DNA from: Nemertoderma westbladi
Lineage: Eukaryota; Animalia; Xenacoelomorpha
Length of the DNA stretch: 42,768 nt
Assembly (NCBI GenBank): GCA_032718475.1
Contig: JAUCBJ010004618.1
Coordinates: 1 to 42,768, forward strand
Reading direction: 5' to 3'
Positions 22,317-34,281 of the stretch are shown one piece after another. Numbering within the stretch: position 1 is the stretch's first letter; the number at the start of each line of letters is the position of its first letter. Below the pieces are notes generated by a model that saw nothing but the letters and a program-made list of their open reading frames with translations, was not told where the DNA came from and ran no database searches. The position numbers and the translations under genes are program-made.

Positions 22317-22696
22317 TATAAACCCCCCTGAGAAAAAAGCAGCTAAAAAACCAAACAGACACCTAGAACCGACTGACCCAAAAATCAATTTTCCATCACA
22401 ATAAGAACAACACCTCCAACAGAAAGAAACACAGAACATAATTTTAGAAGAAGACAAGTCTCTCCAAGAATTAGCAAAGATAAAAGATAAACAAAAACAG
22501 CGTACCAGCACCAAGCCGTACAGCGGAACCAAACCATGAAGAACGGAGCCTGGAAGTTATCGCTGAGAGCGGATTTCCCTATTTGGGTTTGAGCCGAAGT
22601 GGTAACAGCTATGACGACCACGAATATTACTCCCTTCAACATCCTCCGTCTCCAACCTGTTGTAACTTCGCTTTGAGGCGGTGGGGTACGTTCCAT
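22317..22696 (-). pseudogene. SLC35F3/F4-like transporter pseudogene, 5' part
   Basis: RRMLKGVIFVVVIAVTTSAQTQIGKSALSDNFQAPFFMVWF is followed, after an internal deletion, by AVFVYLLSLLILGE..LLKLCSVFLSVGGVVLI; stop and frameshifts, no introns. Confidence 0.7.
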
Positions 22697-23034
22697 TTCA
22701 AGTATTTACTACAGTAGCTACTGTATGATTTAAATCGTATAATACTGAAATTATTTAACTGCTAGAGATAGATAAATGTGAAGAATAGACTTTCTCACTG
22801 ACATTGTTAAAGGAAGTGATCTATAATAATATGTAGGTCTTCAAATATTTCGCCTTTTTTAATTGTGTTTCGCGGTTTGCTATTGGCTATGGTACGAGAG
22901 CCGTGTGTACAATAAATGTATGTTAATAAATGTATCAAAATTACTGTAGGAACATGTTGTATATAGTACTGTAGATTTTTACAAAATTTGTGAACACTAC
23001 TGTAAAACTATAAGCATCCAGTTAAACTGTATAC

Positions 23035-23190
23035 CTGCAATTTTGGCAATGCTGAGTAGTAATAGTAAGAAATCAGCGATGTAACATTGGCAGTTTGAAC
23101 TGAAACGGACTCAACCATAGACCCAACACTGGCCGCCACTGGGGATAGATCTCGGAACATTGCGGTTGCACCAGACGTAGCAACACATAT
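23035..23190 (-). CDS. Divergent PAQR protein, coding exon 3
   Basis: ttgttag acceptor, CAG|GTAT donor, 156 nt open: ICVATSGATAMFRDLSPVAASVGSMVESVSVQTANVTSLISYYYYSALPKLQ; aligns by eye with the mPR TM2-TM3 region. Confidence 0.7.
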
Positions 23191-23344
23191 CTAACAAAAG
23201 GAAGATACAAGTTGAATTATTAGATATTAATGAGTGATATTGAATCATGCGGCGTGTCACAAGGTAATCTACAGTTTAAATTTGCACAATAGGCCTACAC
23301 ATGAAGGTCTATAAACAAACCGTGGCTAAGCACAATGAACTGTA

Positions 23345-23550
23345 GCTCTGACAATTCGCCCCCTAGGGGCAGATAGAGGAACTGTAAAAGTCTGTCTGTG
23401 TTTAGAATTTCTAAACTTTTGATAGACTACATGTGTACATAGTACCAAGTTTGGTTCCATTTCATCCATGATTGACTGACTTATTAACGTTCAAACATTC
23501 TAGCCACAAACCTACAGTACTGTAGTCCAGCCAGCCAGCCAGCCACAAAC
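23345..23550 (-). mobile_element. Second, inverted copy of the DINE-1/Helentron-like repeat
   Basis: CTACATGTGTAC..GTACCAAGTTTGGT is the reverse complement of the core at ~6455-6476; also (AGCC)n and CGCCCCCTAGGGGC. Confidence 0.45.
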
Positions 23551-23633
23551 AAACTAATAATTAAGCAGCTCATGGGACCCGAGCAGAGCTCCAGTGATAA
23601 TGAATGTAGGCCTACATATATACTGCAACAAAC

Positions 23634-23775
23634 CCCGGAAGCAAATAACATCATTAGATATGGGTAGAAATACGGCTGACTTATAAACATGCGAATTCTT
23701 CTCCCCTTCCAAGCTGTAATACCCACCACCGATATTGTTGCTGCCCAAAACACCAGAGTTTCATTGTTCCAACAA
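23634..23775 (-). CDS. Divergent PAQR protein, coding exon 2
   Basis: tacag acceptor; CWNNETLVFWAATISVVGITAW...YLMMLFASG (NET equals the canonical HNExxNxWTH position); GG|GTTTGT donor gives phase 0. Confidence 0.72.
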
Positions 23776-23779
23776 CTGT

Positions 23780-23860
23780 AATACATTATATATACATTGT
23801 ATATATATACATTATATACATGTTATATACATTATAGTATATACATTATAATGTAATATA
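23780..23860. repeat. AT-rich microsatellite-like (TATACATTA)n
   Basis: About 6 degenerate copies in the PAQR intron. Confidence 0.6.
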
Positions 23861-24272
23861 GGGGGCCTACTTAGGCCTACAGGTACACAATACCCCGGAA
23901 TATTGAGTGTCATAATTATTGAGTGACTTGCCAAACCCTTAAATTTTCTACAAAATCTTAATGAAAAAATGTATTAAAAACTATACATATAAATAAAAAG
24001 TAAGTGGTACAAATAAAGTGGCAAAGTGGCTTCCACTGTATGTCGCCATCATCATGCTATGTGCGCTTGCTTTCATAGCCTACAGTACATACTACAGTAG
24101 GCCTAGACTAGGCCTGCAGTTCTTTACAACAGTAGAAGGCCTGTTGCCTGTTATCGGCTACAGTACTCAATCATAATGTACTGTACTGAAGGCCCAAACT
24201 GAAACTTTTATCATCACAACGCCAAAAGGATCTACTGTAGGCCTACAGTATATCATTCATTGATTTACTTAC

Positions 24273-24484
24273 CTATAAACGCTGGATATATAATAACTGA
24301 AAGGCCTTCCAGGTATCCGATAACCTTGGTTTATATACGGCATTTGTATAGCTGCCTCAACTTCATCCACACTCAGTAACTTATCATCCATTAGATGTTT
24401 GTATGAGATCTTCTTTTCGACAGCACCAATAGTCCGAGAACATACATTGAATACTTTGGACAATGAATAAGCCAAAGCATTCAT
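24273..24484 (-). CDS. Divergent PAQR (mPR/PAQR5-9-like) seven-TM protein, coding exon 1
   Basis: MNALAY...MPYINQGYRIPGRPFSYYISSVY contains the PAQR PxxxxGYR motif; AG|GTAAGT donor, phase 2. Confidence 0.8.
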
Positions 24485-26343
24485 TATGGTGGTTTAATTA
24501 TATTTTTAATATTGAATGTTGAGTAAATTCTGTCAGTCGTAGAGAATACAGTAGGTAGAAGAACAGATTAAAATTAAGTTATAAATAAATTAGGCCCATT
24601 TAAGCTGACTACCGATAGTCAAAAGAGAAAAACTCAGCAGGTCAAAATAGTAATAATTCATTACTCTACAATAAATATTGTACCACTAGTTGTAAAATAT
24701 TTGAAAAAATAATGATGCATTTAACTGATCTGTTTGTGTTTTTCTTTGTTTCTAACAATTGTATTTTAAATACAATATGGTGTGTTAACAATTGGGGTGA
24801 CATAAGGAACAGATTAGAACAGATCGCACAATTAGTTAAAATGTTCTAGAGAACACGTAAACTGCATAGATTTGCAAACACCCATATTCATAAAATTGTG
24901 TAAACCAACGGAACTATATTCAACCAACGGATACCTATTTTTCTCTTCTAAAAGCGTCATAACATGTGGACTACATCTACAAAATTAGCTAGGGTTCTAG
25001 AACATAGCTGTGTTGTCCTGGTTGTTTGTTTAAAATCGGCGGTTCAAAACCTTCGGAGATTTAAAATTCCATTTACTGGGAACCCCCCTAGAGCTGCAAC
25101 GGAATCTCCCTGAACTGCAACGAGTTACTGCATAACGAACCTGTTTTTTAGACTGGGTAGTTTTTGTCTAAAGCTAGGGCCGCAAAAATACGATGGGTGT
25201 TATGGTGTATGTACAGTATAACCATTTTACTTCAAACAACTTGCATGTATTGGAAAATTGTAAACCCAACTATTTATCAATTATTATTATATAATTAGTG
25301 TTCTTTATTTTATTTATCTAATACAGTAAGACCCCTCCACAGAATAAACTGCTCTTTGGTGCCGTTTCCCAGGTTGCGGATACGAATAACATTTCCCACA
25401 TCGCACTAATTGTGATTTGTCTGTCTCTGTGATCTGTTGTATTTATTTGTCTGATTGGGCGACTGTGTGTGAATTACTGTTAAAGCTTTTGCGACTAAAA
25501 CTCACATTTTATTAGCAATGCGCTGCCCTACTCCAAACCCATAGAACTGATTAAGTATCTAGATAAGATTTACAAAATCCACACGCCCTGACGTTTTCGA
25601 TTTCGGTATTCACTTAAAAGCAAGGTAAGTTTGCCACGTCGAAACAGCCAATAGGAGCCATTTTTCATTTTTTTCGCTCCTGGCTAGCTTATAAACAATC
25701 CGTAACCAATGTACTGTAGTTGGTAACAATGCAGTATCATAAGCTTTTGATTGGAAGTTGCCATGTAGATGGCCATGATTCAGGGTTCTAAGAATTCCTT
25801 ACATTCGATTGCTGCACGCCATTTTAGTTTTATATTGCAGTACCTTTGTTCATTATTCAGGATACGTGTACGCCGTTAACATCTGGCTTAAAATGCGGAA
25901 GAATTATAATTAATTACCGCAGCACTGCGTTAGTAACACACAAGGCTAATTCATACTCAATCATTGAATTGTACTGACTTCTGTTGTACCTGTTAATTTG
26001 ATTTATTTGTTGGTCAATTTATGTATATTTGGTGATGTTATGGAGTTGCCACTATTAATAACCGTAAAGATTTGATTACCTTAATTCTATCTAACGAGGA
26101 GGTCGGTTAATTAATAGTCCCGCTTCATAATCAATTGGTGTGCTTGAGAATATATGATATTGGATAGCCCCAACGTGTGTGAACGTGTCTACTCCTTATT
26201 CATGAGTAAAATTGTCCTAAGTCAGTAAATCAGGTCACAGGGTGTATTTCAGTGGGGTCCATAATACCACATCCCTAAAAAGTATACAAACTACACGTAT
26301 GATACTTATTAACAATCTGTTGTAATTACTTTAAGACATAGAC

Positions 26344-27294
26344 CAGGGGCGGGCGACTCGAAGCTCCGTTAATTTTAAAGTTAACGGAGGTTTAACGGAA
26401 GTGCACTTAACGGAGAACTCATAATGGGCGACACGAAAGAGTAGTTAGGCCTCCGTTAGTGAGTTCTCCGTTAAGGCTCCGTTAGTACTAAACGTGATAC
26501 TTTCCAAATGATGATAAAATTGCGTACACGTGAGTGTTGTTGTGGTTGCTTAGGCAACTCGATAATGTTATTGTTGGAGTGCCGTTTCAAATTGAAACCC
26601 TTTCACATCTAAAAAATATCATAGACCAAAGCAGTACATACTACCGCTACAGTTTCATGTTTAGGCAATAGTGCACACAATTAATGTTAAGATCGGGAAT
26701 GTAACATCATAAAAACAACAAATAGAGTAGATGGATTGCCCGAGTATTGTGTAGAAATCTACTCCATCTATCAATGACCAACGACTTCCACCTGGTCATT
26801 GAGGAATCGTTCGTAAAATTAGATATCTCGAAGATTGCTGAAAGGGTCTAACTGATGACGGAAAACTAAGTTTAACTGTGTTTATAACTGTTATTGCACA
26901 TATAAGTCCACCCACATCAGCTGTAATGCGCCGCAATGTCTAATTAGAACTATCGGCAAATAGGACTTGGATATTGCGGAGATGATTGAATGTCACACTC
27001 CCCCAGAACGTGAATTTAAGTTCTATACTATGAAAGCTATAAATATAGTTTTTCAGATTGCATTCAGTTATGTAGAGTAGAATACAAAACATTTCTTAAC
27101 GGAACCTTAAAGGTGCTTTCTGGCGCATGGTGTAAAATACCTTAACGGAGAGTCCTCCGTTAGTGTAACGGAGCTACGAGTCGTTGGCTTCCGTTAGTTA
27201 AATCCGCCTTTAATTTAACGGAGGTTTCGTTTCGCTCACAATTTTAGTTAACGGCGCCGTTAGCACTAACGGAGCTTCTTGTCGCCCGCCCCTG
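26344..27294. mobile_element. PIF/Harbinger-like non-autonomous DNA transposon
   Basis: TIRs CAGGGGCGGGCGAC..GAAGCTCCGTTA / TAACGGAGCTTC..GTCGCCCGCCCCTG (the outer CAG/CTG may be a CWG target site); many subterminal TAACGGA/TCCGTTA repeats at both ends. Confidence 0.75.
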
Positions 27295-28904
27295 TTTGTT
27301 ATCTAGAATACAACACCTAAAACGGAACGGTTAATACTATCCTGTAAGTGAACATACAGTAGTTGTTAGGAATTATACAACGAGAATCAATCGAATGATA
27401 CGATGATATGATTAGACGGTGCTTTTTGGTTGATGCAAGTCATTCTTGGTTTACATCTTCCAATCCCATCTGTTTTTTTGAGTGTCTGTGTAAGACAGTT
27501 TAAAGCCATCTCGATGACGTTATAGTTGATATACGGGGTATAAAAATATATAATAAATAGATAAAAAAGGCTAGAAACTACAGTAAGTTGTTATCGTGTC
27601 TACATGTATCTCTTGTACAGTAAAGTAGCTTGAGTGACAATTAAGGTGTTTAACGTTTCTAAAAGTCGTCGAGCGTGGCGTATTCTCATCACTATTTCGA
27701 GTGATGCCACACATGGCATCATTGATGATTTTTTGTAATTTGCAATTATTATAAAAATCGTCCCTATAAGAGCGCGGTTAAAAGAGTTTATGCGATTGCT
27801 TCCCTATACTGTATTTGTGTAGAATTTTAGCTGGAACCTCTAAGTTGCATTTTGATACACACCCTTTGCTATTGTATAATAATTCTCTAAATACATAAAT
27901 AAGATATTACTGTACCAGGAATTTAGTTATATCTGAATTTATATGCCCTGCAGCTTCAAATTTATAAAATTGTATAAAAATGTACAAATTGTTCCAATAA
28001 TAAAAACAAAAATTGTTGTCAAAAAATGAAATAATGTATAATAAAGTAAAAGAATAGGTGGGGTTTTGCTTTTACAACTACCTACAGTTACAGACATATA
28101 TATATATATATAGGCCTATATTGTACATGAATGTCTACTGTACATATATTGTAAATAATAGAAACATACTGTACTTGTTGCTTTTTATTGAATATGATTT
28201 TTTATGTGGCAGCGATTCAGTCAGACTGCTAGCAGTACTGTAGATATATTAAAATGTTGCAGAAATGATATTAAAAACGTATGTGAAATGAATTCGTACA
28301 GCACATGGGAAATAAACTACGCACTTTACGTACGTTCTAGTGTGGACCCCGATCCCGTTGCATCACTATGCTGTAATGTACTGTAGAATTGATTATGTTC
28401 GTGTAAAACGAAAGTCTGGAAGTGAGCACGTGGTGTAACAGTACCGGACCGGCAAAGAAACATAAAGCTGTAAACACATTATTCAGGACTGCAGTTAGGC
28501 CTACTTTCGTCCGCAAAATCCTAAACCTAACCGCATGTAAGTTATTATAGTACTGCAGTATTACAGTACCGTTAGTCAGTTAGTGGTTAGGGCGTATGTT
28601 GTAGTACAATTACCAAGGACTACCGGTACCGGTACTTCAGTAGTCCTTGGCGATTTGCGATTACAGGATTACATAATGAATTCATGACACTACGTTTGGT
28701 ATTTTTTTATATTCTTGCTATATTTAACGTGCCTGTATGCATTTTCATTGTTTATTTACGCTGCTATGACTGTGGTATCTCCATACCCAAATAATATAAT
28801 ATTGATTGATGTACCGGTACTGAACTGTATTTTATTTACAGATTTAGCGATTTAGGTCAGTTGTCAGTAGGTAGGCCTATCTTATTATGTCTATGTTTTT
28901 TTTT

Positions 28905-28943
28905 ACTCCTTTCCACCGATACCTGCCGGCCAGCCGGCCGACG
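28905..28943 (+). promoter_or_regulatory. RPS12: TCT/5'-TOP initiator and non-coding first exon of RPS12
   Basis: CTCCTTTCC matches the ribosomal-protein TCT motif (predicted start C28909); donor G|GTCAGT at 28943/28944; acceptor tatttcag at 29095. Confidence 0.6.
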
Positions 28944-29150
28944 GTCAGTGCTGCAGTAGGCGTAGCTTAGGCGTAGGTAATAGCAATAGGCCTATCGCTA
29001 TCGCCACAGCACCTCTATCGCTCATCGGTATACTTATACTAGGCCTATCAGCCTATACATACCATACCTGCATACCCTATTTTATTATATTTCAGCGAGG
29101 ACGTCCGTGCCGTTGTTCAGTCTTTGTGACTAGCTACTGAAACTTTCCAA

Positions 29151-29167
29151 ATGGCCGCCACGGAAGG
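29151..29167 (+). CDS. RPS12: 40S ribosomal protein S12, coding exon 1
   Basis: caaATGGCC start, MAATEG, GG|GTAAGT donor, phase 2. Confidence 0.8.
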
Positions 29168-29298
29168 GTAAGTGATTTCAGGATTCAATCGTTCTCTCTT
29201 TGTCAGTCAGTATACAGATATTATAGTTCTGTAGTTACCTACCTATAGCTGTATAGGCAGAAATGTAGGACTGATCATTATTTTTGAACGCCCTGTAG

Positions 29299-29524
29299 AG
29301 ATGCCCCAGTTGTTGACGGAGGAATGGACATGCAGACAGCCTTGCAAGAAGTTCTTAAGAACGCGCTGATGTGTGATGGGCTCGCTAGGGGGCTAAACGA
29401 GGGCGCAAAGTGTCTGGATAAGAGACAGGCACATCTCTGCGTTCTGGCTAATAATTGCGATGAGCCAATGTATGTGAAACTCATCGAAGCGTTATGTGCT
29501 GAACATCAAATTAATCTCGTAAAG
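29299..29524 (+). CDS. RPS12: 40S ribosomal protein S12, coding exon 2
   Basis: [67 protein letters not shown]; ctgtag acceptor and GTAAGT donor. Confidence 0.96.
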
Positions 29525-29919
29525 GTAAGTAGGATAGTCACCGGTACATCTGGTTACTATATGTTTATCTTAATAAATTGGTTGGCGTTATGATTTGTGT
29601 CTTATGTATTTCTGTATATTAATGATATAAGAGTAAGATAATCTCTAACCAAAACCACCTAGAAACAAGTTTGGTTTCAATGTGTTTTTATAGAAAGCAG
29701 GTACGATACCAAATCGGAATTCCCGTCTGTGTTGTCCACTTATCGTATCATAAAAATTGACTTCGTATTTTAGAATACTAATAAATATTTTTAGTATCTT
29801 ATATTTTTTAAATATTAATGTTTTTAACAGTAAAACCAGAGATCGCACCACTTATTTGTTTACAATTTTTTCTCGAAATTGTGGCGCATTATGAAGTATA
29901 TCAGACTTTATGTGCTGTT

Positions 29920-30074
29920 ATATTTCACTTAGCAGTTTACCCCCATGTAAAGAATTCCAGGTTCTCACTAAAAGGTACACTAAACTTACAGAAGGTTTGA
30001 ATCTAACCAAAACAATAAACGAATTAGTATCTGTACATGTTATAAGATAGAAATAAGCGCTATAAAATACTTAA
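29920..30074 (+). repeat. Dispersed repeat, copy 2 (related to 8730-8895), interrupted at TTAA
   Basis: Same conserved blocks as 8730-8895; similarity stops at ACTTAA where the G-tract element begins. Confidence 0.7.
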
Positions 30075-32993
30075 GGGGGGGGGGGGGGGGGGGGTACCCC
30101 CTCCTTGGGTAATATTATCACATTTTTGGTTTTCTATTTCATCTGATGCAGAATTTATTGGGGGGTTTAAATCTTAAAACGGTTTGGCGAGATCTTGTTT
30201 AGTTCTCGAGTTATCGCTGTCTTTCCGTCTATCAGTTTGTCCGTCAAAATTTAGAAGACAGACATATTAGATACCACCAAACATTAAAACTGACTCAGAA
30301 ATGAAATCACCGACCCCGAAAACCCCCATATTGATAATTTTAGTGAGTTGGTATGAAGCCATAGTGTCAAACATTACTGACCGATTAACAGACTACAGAC
30401 TGTCAGGTTTGGGCGGGAAGGTTCAAACTTTAATGCAAATTATCTCGGAATTACATTTCACGATATTTCCATTTTTCAAAATACTACCACTCCGCCGTTT
30501 TACACCCAAATTCGATAATTTATGGCTCGTTTGAAAGGTTTTTTGAAGATCTTGAAAAATTATCCAGCACTTTTAAAAAAAAAATTTTTTTTTTTTAAAT
30601 ATTATTGAAAATTTTAATTAATTTAATTAATTTTTATTACGTCCAGTCCCCTGCCCCCCCCCCCCCCCCCCCCCTATCTGCTGTCAAAATATAAGTACAT
30701 CATTCCATCAAGCTAAATATTTTATGTTGTAGTTTTCCTGGTTGCTGATTTCATTTCCGACGTCAGTTTTCACTTTTAACCAAACATACTATGTCTGTCT
30801 GTCGGTTTTTCTGTCTGTCCTGCGATCTGTCTGTCAAAGTCATAGGAAAGCGAACCAACTAGTTAATAATTTTGTTATGGGGGTTTAATGGTTGGTGGTT
30901 TCATTTCCGATGTCACTTGTCATGTATTACTTCATCCACATTGTCTGTTAAGCTGTCGGTCATATTTTAGCGGACAGACCGACAGAAATTCAGGCGGACA
31001 TGACGCAGTCAAATGAGACAACTGACTTCAGAAATGAAATCACCGACCCGGAAACCCTTGCAACAAAATTTTCAGTTGGGTTGTGTGCATTCAAACATTT
31101 AAATTAATTAAATTATCCTAACGATAAAACTTTTCTATAGAATGCAAATTTTAAATTTCAAAATGCAAAGGATTTTACAAAAATTAACGAATTTGCGTTT
31201 TGAATTAACTTTGATGACCATCCCTCTAAGAGACTTTGATGACCATCCCTCTAAAAGCCTTTGATGACCATCCCTCTAAAACCTTTGATGACCATCCCTC
31301 TAAGAGACTTTGATGGCCATCCCTCTAAGAGACTTTGATGACCATCCCTCTAAAAGCCTTTGATGACCATCCCTCTAAAAGCCTTTGATGACCATCCCTC
31401 TAAGAGACTTTGATGACCATCCCTCTAAGAGACTTTGATGACCATCCCTCTAAGAGACTTTGATGACCATCCCTCTAAGAGACTTTGATGACAATCCCTC
31501 TAAAAGCCTTTGATGACCATCCCTCTAAAAGCCTTTGATGACCATCCCTCTAAAAGCCTTTGATGACCATCCCTCTAAGAGACTTTGATGACCATCCCTC
31601 TAAGAGACTTTGATGACCATCCCTCTAAGAGACTTTGATGACCATCCCTCTAAGGGCCTTTGATGACCATCCCTCTAAAAGCCTTTGATGACCATCCCTC
31701 TAAGAGACTTTGATGACCATCCCTCTAAGAGACTTTGATGACCATCCCTCTAAGAGACTTTGATGACCATCCCTCTAAGGGCCTTTGATGACCATCCCTC
31801 TAAAAGCCTTTGATGACCATCCCTCTAAAAGCCTTTGATGACCATCCCTCTAAGAGACTTTGATGACCATCCCTCTAAGAGACTTTGATGACCATCCCTC
31901 TAAGAGACTTTGATGACCATCCCTCTAAGGGCCTTTGATGACCATCCCTCTAAGAGACTTTGATGACCATCCCTCTAAAAGCCTTTGATGACCATCCCTC
32001 TAAGAGCCTTTGATGACCATCCCTCTAAAAGCCTTTGATGACCATCCCTCTAAGAGACTTTGATGACCATTCCTCTAAAAGCCTTTGATGACCATCCCTC
32101 TAAGAGACTTTGATGACCATCCCTCTAAGAGACTTTGATGACCATCCCTATAAGAGCCTTTGATGACCATCCCTCTAAGAGACTTTGATGACCATCCCTC
32201 TAAGGGCCTTTGATGACCATCCCTCTAAGAGACTTTGATGACCATCCCTCTAAAAGCCTTTGATGACCATCCCTCTAAGAGCCTTTGATGACCATCCCTC
32301 TAAAAGCCTTTGATGACCATCCCTCTAAGAGACTTTGATGACCATTCCTCTAAAAGCCTTTGATGACCATCCCTCTAAGAGACTTTGATGACCATCCCTC
32401 TAAGAGACTTTGATGACCATCCCTCTAAGAGACTTTGATGACCATCCCTCTAAAAGCCTTTGATGACCATCCCTCTAAAAGCCTTTGATGACCATTCCTC
32501 TAAAAGCCTTTGATGACCATCCCTCTAAGAGACTTTGATGACCATCCCTCTAAGAGACTTTGATGACCATCCCTATAAGAGCCTTTGATGACCATCCCTC
32601 TAAGAGACTTTGATGACCATCCCTCTAAGAGACTTTGATGACCATCCCTCTAAGGGCCTTTGATGACCATCCCTCTAAGAGACTTTGATGACCATCCCTC
32701 TAAGGGCCTTTGATGACCATCCCTCTAAGAGACTTTGATGACCATCCCTCTAAAAGCCTTTGATGACCATCCCTCTAAGTGCCTTTGTATTTTAAAACAT
32801 GCATAAATTATGTTAATTAGGTAAAATATTAAAAATTTCGAAAACATTAATTTGAAAATTTTTTCCACCCATTGTATACAATACAAGTGTTGCAAAATAT
32901 CAATTAATTTGTCTATAAATAACTGTCTCCTAAATAAGGGGATGAACATTTTTAGTTAATTAGTGACCCCCCCCCCCCCCCCCCCCACCCCAT
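30075..32993. mobile_element. G-tract/C-tract-bounded non-autonomous DNA element at a TTAA site, with internal inverted repeats and a minisatellite
   Basis: TTAA-G(20)TACCCC at left and C-tract-AT-TTAA at right; internal AGAAATGAAATCACCGACCC at ~30297 and ~31030 with reverse-complement-like copies at ~30740 and ~30890. The right boundary is uncertain. Confidence 0.5.
31209..32787. repeat. 25-bp minisatellite, about 63 copies
   Basis: CTTTGATGACCATCCCTCTA + (AGAGA/AAAGC/AGGGC/AGAGC), head to tail. Confidence 0.97.
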
Positions 32994-33322
32994 TTAAAAT
33001 GATTTTCTAAGTAAAATTTTCTAATACAAAATACAACATTATTTTAAATCAACTTAAAAAAATCCGATACGAAAAAAATGGAAAACTTATACCCTAAGTA
33101 TTAACTATCGCAGTTATTTTCCTCATCTAGTATCCCTGTTGCTCCCATTACTTGGGTATTAGGAGACCTAGACCGGGTGATTTACTCCCTCGGCAGAGAC
33201 TAAATGACCCGGGGAACACTGACCCACGGTGCCACTTCATCCATAATTTCCATGTTTATAAATAAACATAATTTGGTGTTGTTTGTTTCAATTAATTGAA
33301 TATAAGTTACCTTCATTTCCAG

Positions 33323-33484
33323 GTTGAGGACAGCAAGAAACTCGGTGAATGGTCTGGACTGTGTAAGATAGACCGCGAAGGTAAACCTCGAAAGGTAGTA
33401 AGCTGTAGTTGCGTGGTTGTCAAGGACTACGGAAAAGAAAGCCAGTCATTGGATATCCTAAACCAATACATAAAGACTCGGTAG
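33323..33484 (+). CDS. RPS12: 40S ribosomal protein S12, coding exon 3
   Basis: [40 protein letters not shown]; ttccag acceptor; joined protein is 134 aa. Confidence 0.96.
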   Translation, partial: VEDSKKLGEWSGLCKIDREGKPRKVVSCSCVVVKDYGKESQSLDILNQYIKTR

Positions 33485-34281
33485 TTACTGGCTCAATACA
33501 AATGGCTCATTCACAGTGATTGTGGGTATAAAGGAAATGGTATCGATATTGGTTTAGCTGGTTGAGTCGCGGACTCACATTGAGTTTATAAAGTATGTCT
33601 GCAGCTAATCGGTGGTGTTGCGTTACCAGTTAAAAATGAAGTGTTATTTGAATACAATATTGTTTTATTTAAACATTTATAACTCCACTTTTATAAATCC
33701 CCCCCCCCCCCCCCCCCCCCCCCCCCAACCGCTTTACTCACAGTGGCTGCCAGGGTTGGGTAAAGTCAATATTGAATTCATATTTGGTTTTCTGGATCGC
33801 AAGTAACGTTAAAGTAGCCAGTAGTGTTAGACACCCTTAAAACATCTCAAGTGTGACTATTTCTCAAGATATTCCATAACATGAGTTATCACTTAGGGAC
33901 CTCACCTCATCTAAGTGCTGCCATTTTGATGGCCCATAACAGACACTCTCACAGTGTGTAATACGACCTAACAGGGCTGCAGCCTGCAGCAACCCACTAA
34001 ATTTAGTAGGCCGACTTTCTGAATTTGTTTAAACCAGTAGTTTTATTAGGCCTACTACTCGCAGACAGACTAAACAGTCCGTTGTCGTTTATATAGTTTC
34101 CCGACATATCCCCCAGTGGGCGAGGAATGCCCCCGAATCTGGAACAGCACCGAACGATTTAGTTTATGTCGAATCGGTCCTGTACATCGCATCGGCATCG
34201 TTTACCACTGTCACATCGTAGGGGCCTCATTGGCTCACTCCAACGCAAGGTTTGTTTCCTCAAGTTTAGGATATTTTAATA

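Noticed and set aside
31209-32787. CRISPR-like appearance, and TGATGA (C-box-like) in each unit
   Set aside because: No unique spacers (only four 5-nt variants), no cas genes, eukaryotic intron; no D boxes.
33170-33232. Possible C/D snoRNA in the RPS12 intron (GTGATTT...CTGA with a short terminal stem)
   Set aside because: The C box is poor and no rRNA guide was recognisable; it may be a SINE fragment. Needs Infernal or snoscan.
34097-34250. GC-richer segment with AG/GT borders before the satellite
   Set aside because: No recognisable protein in any frame and no partner exons visible.
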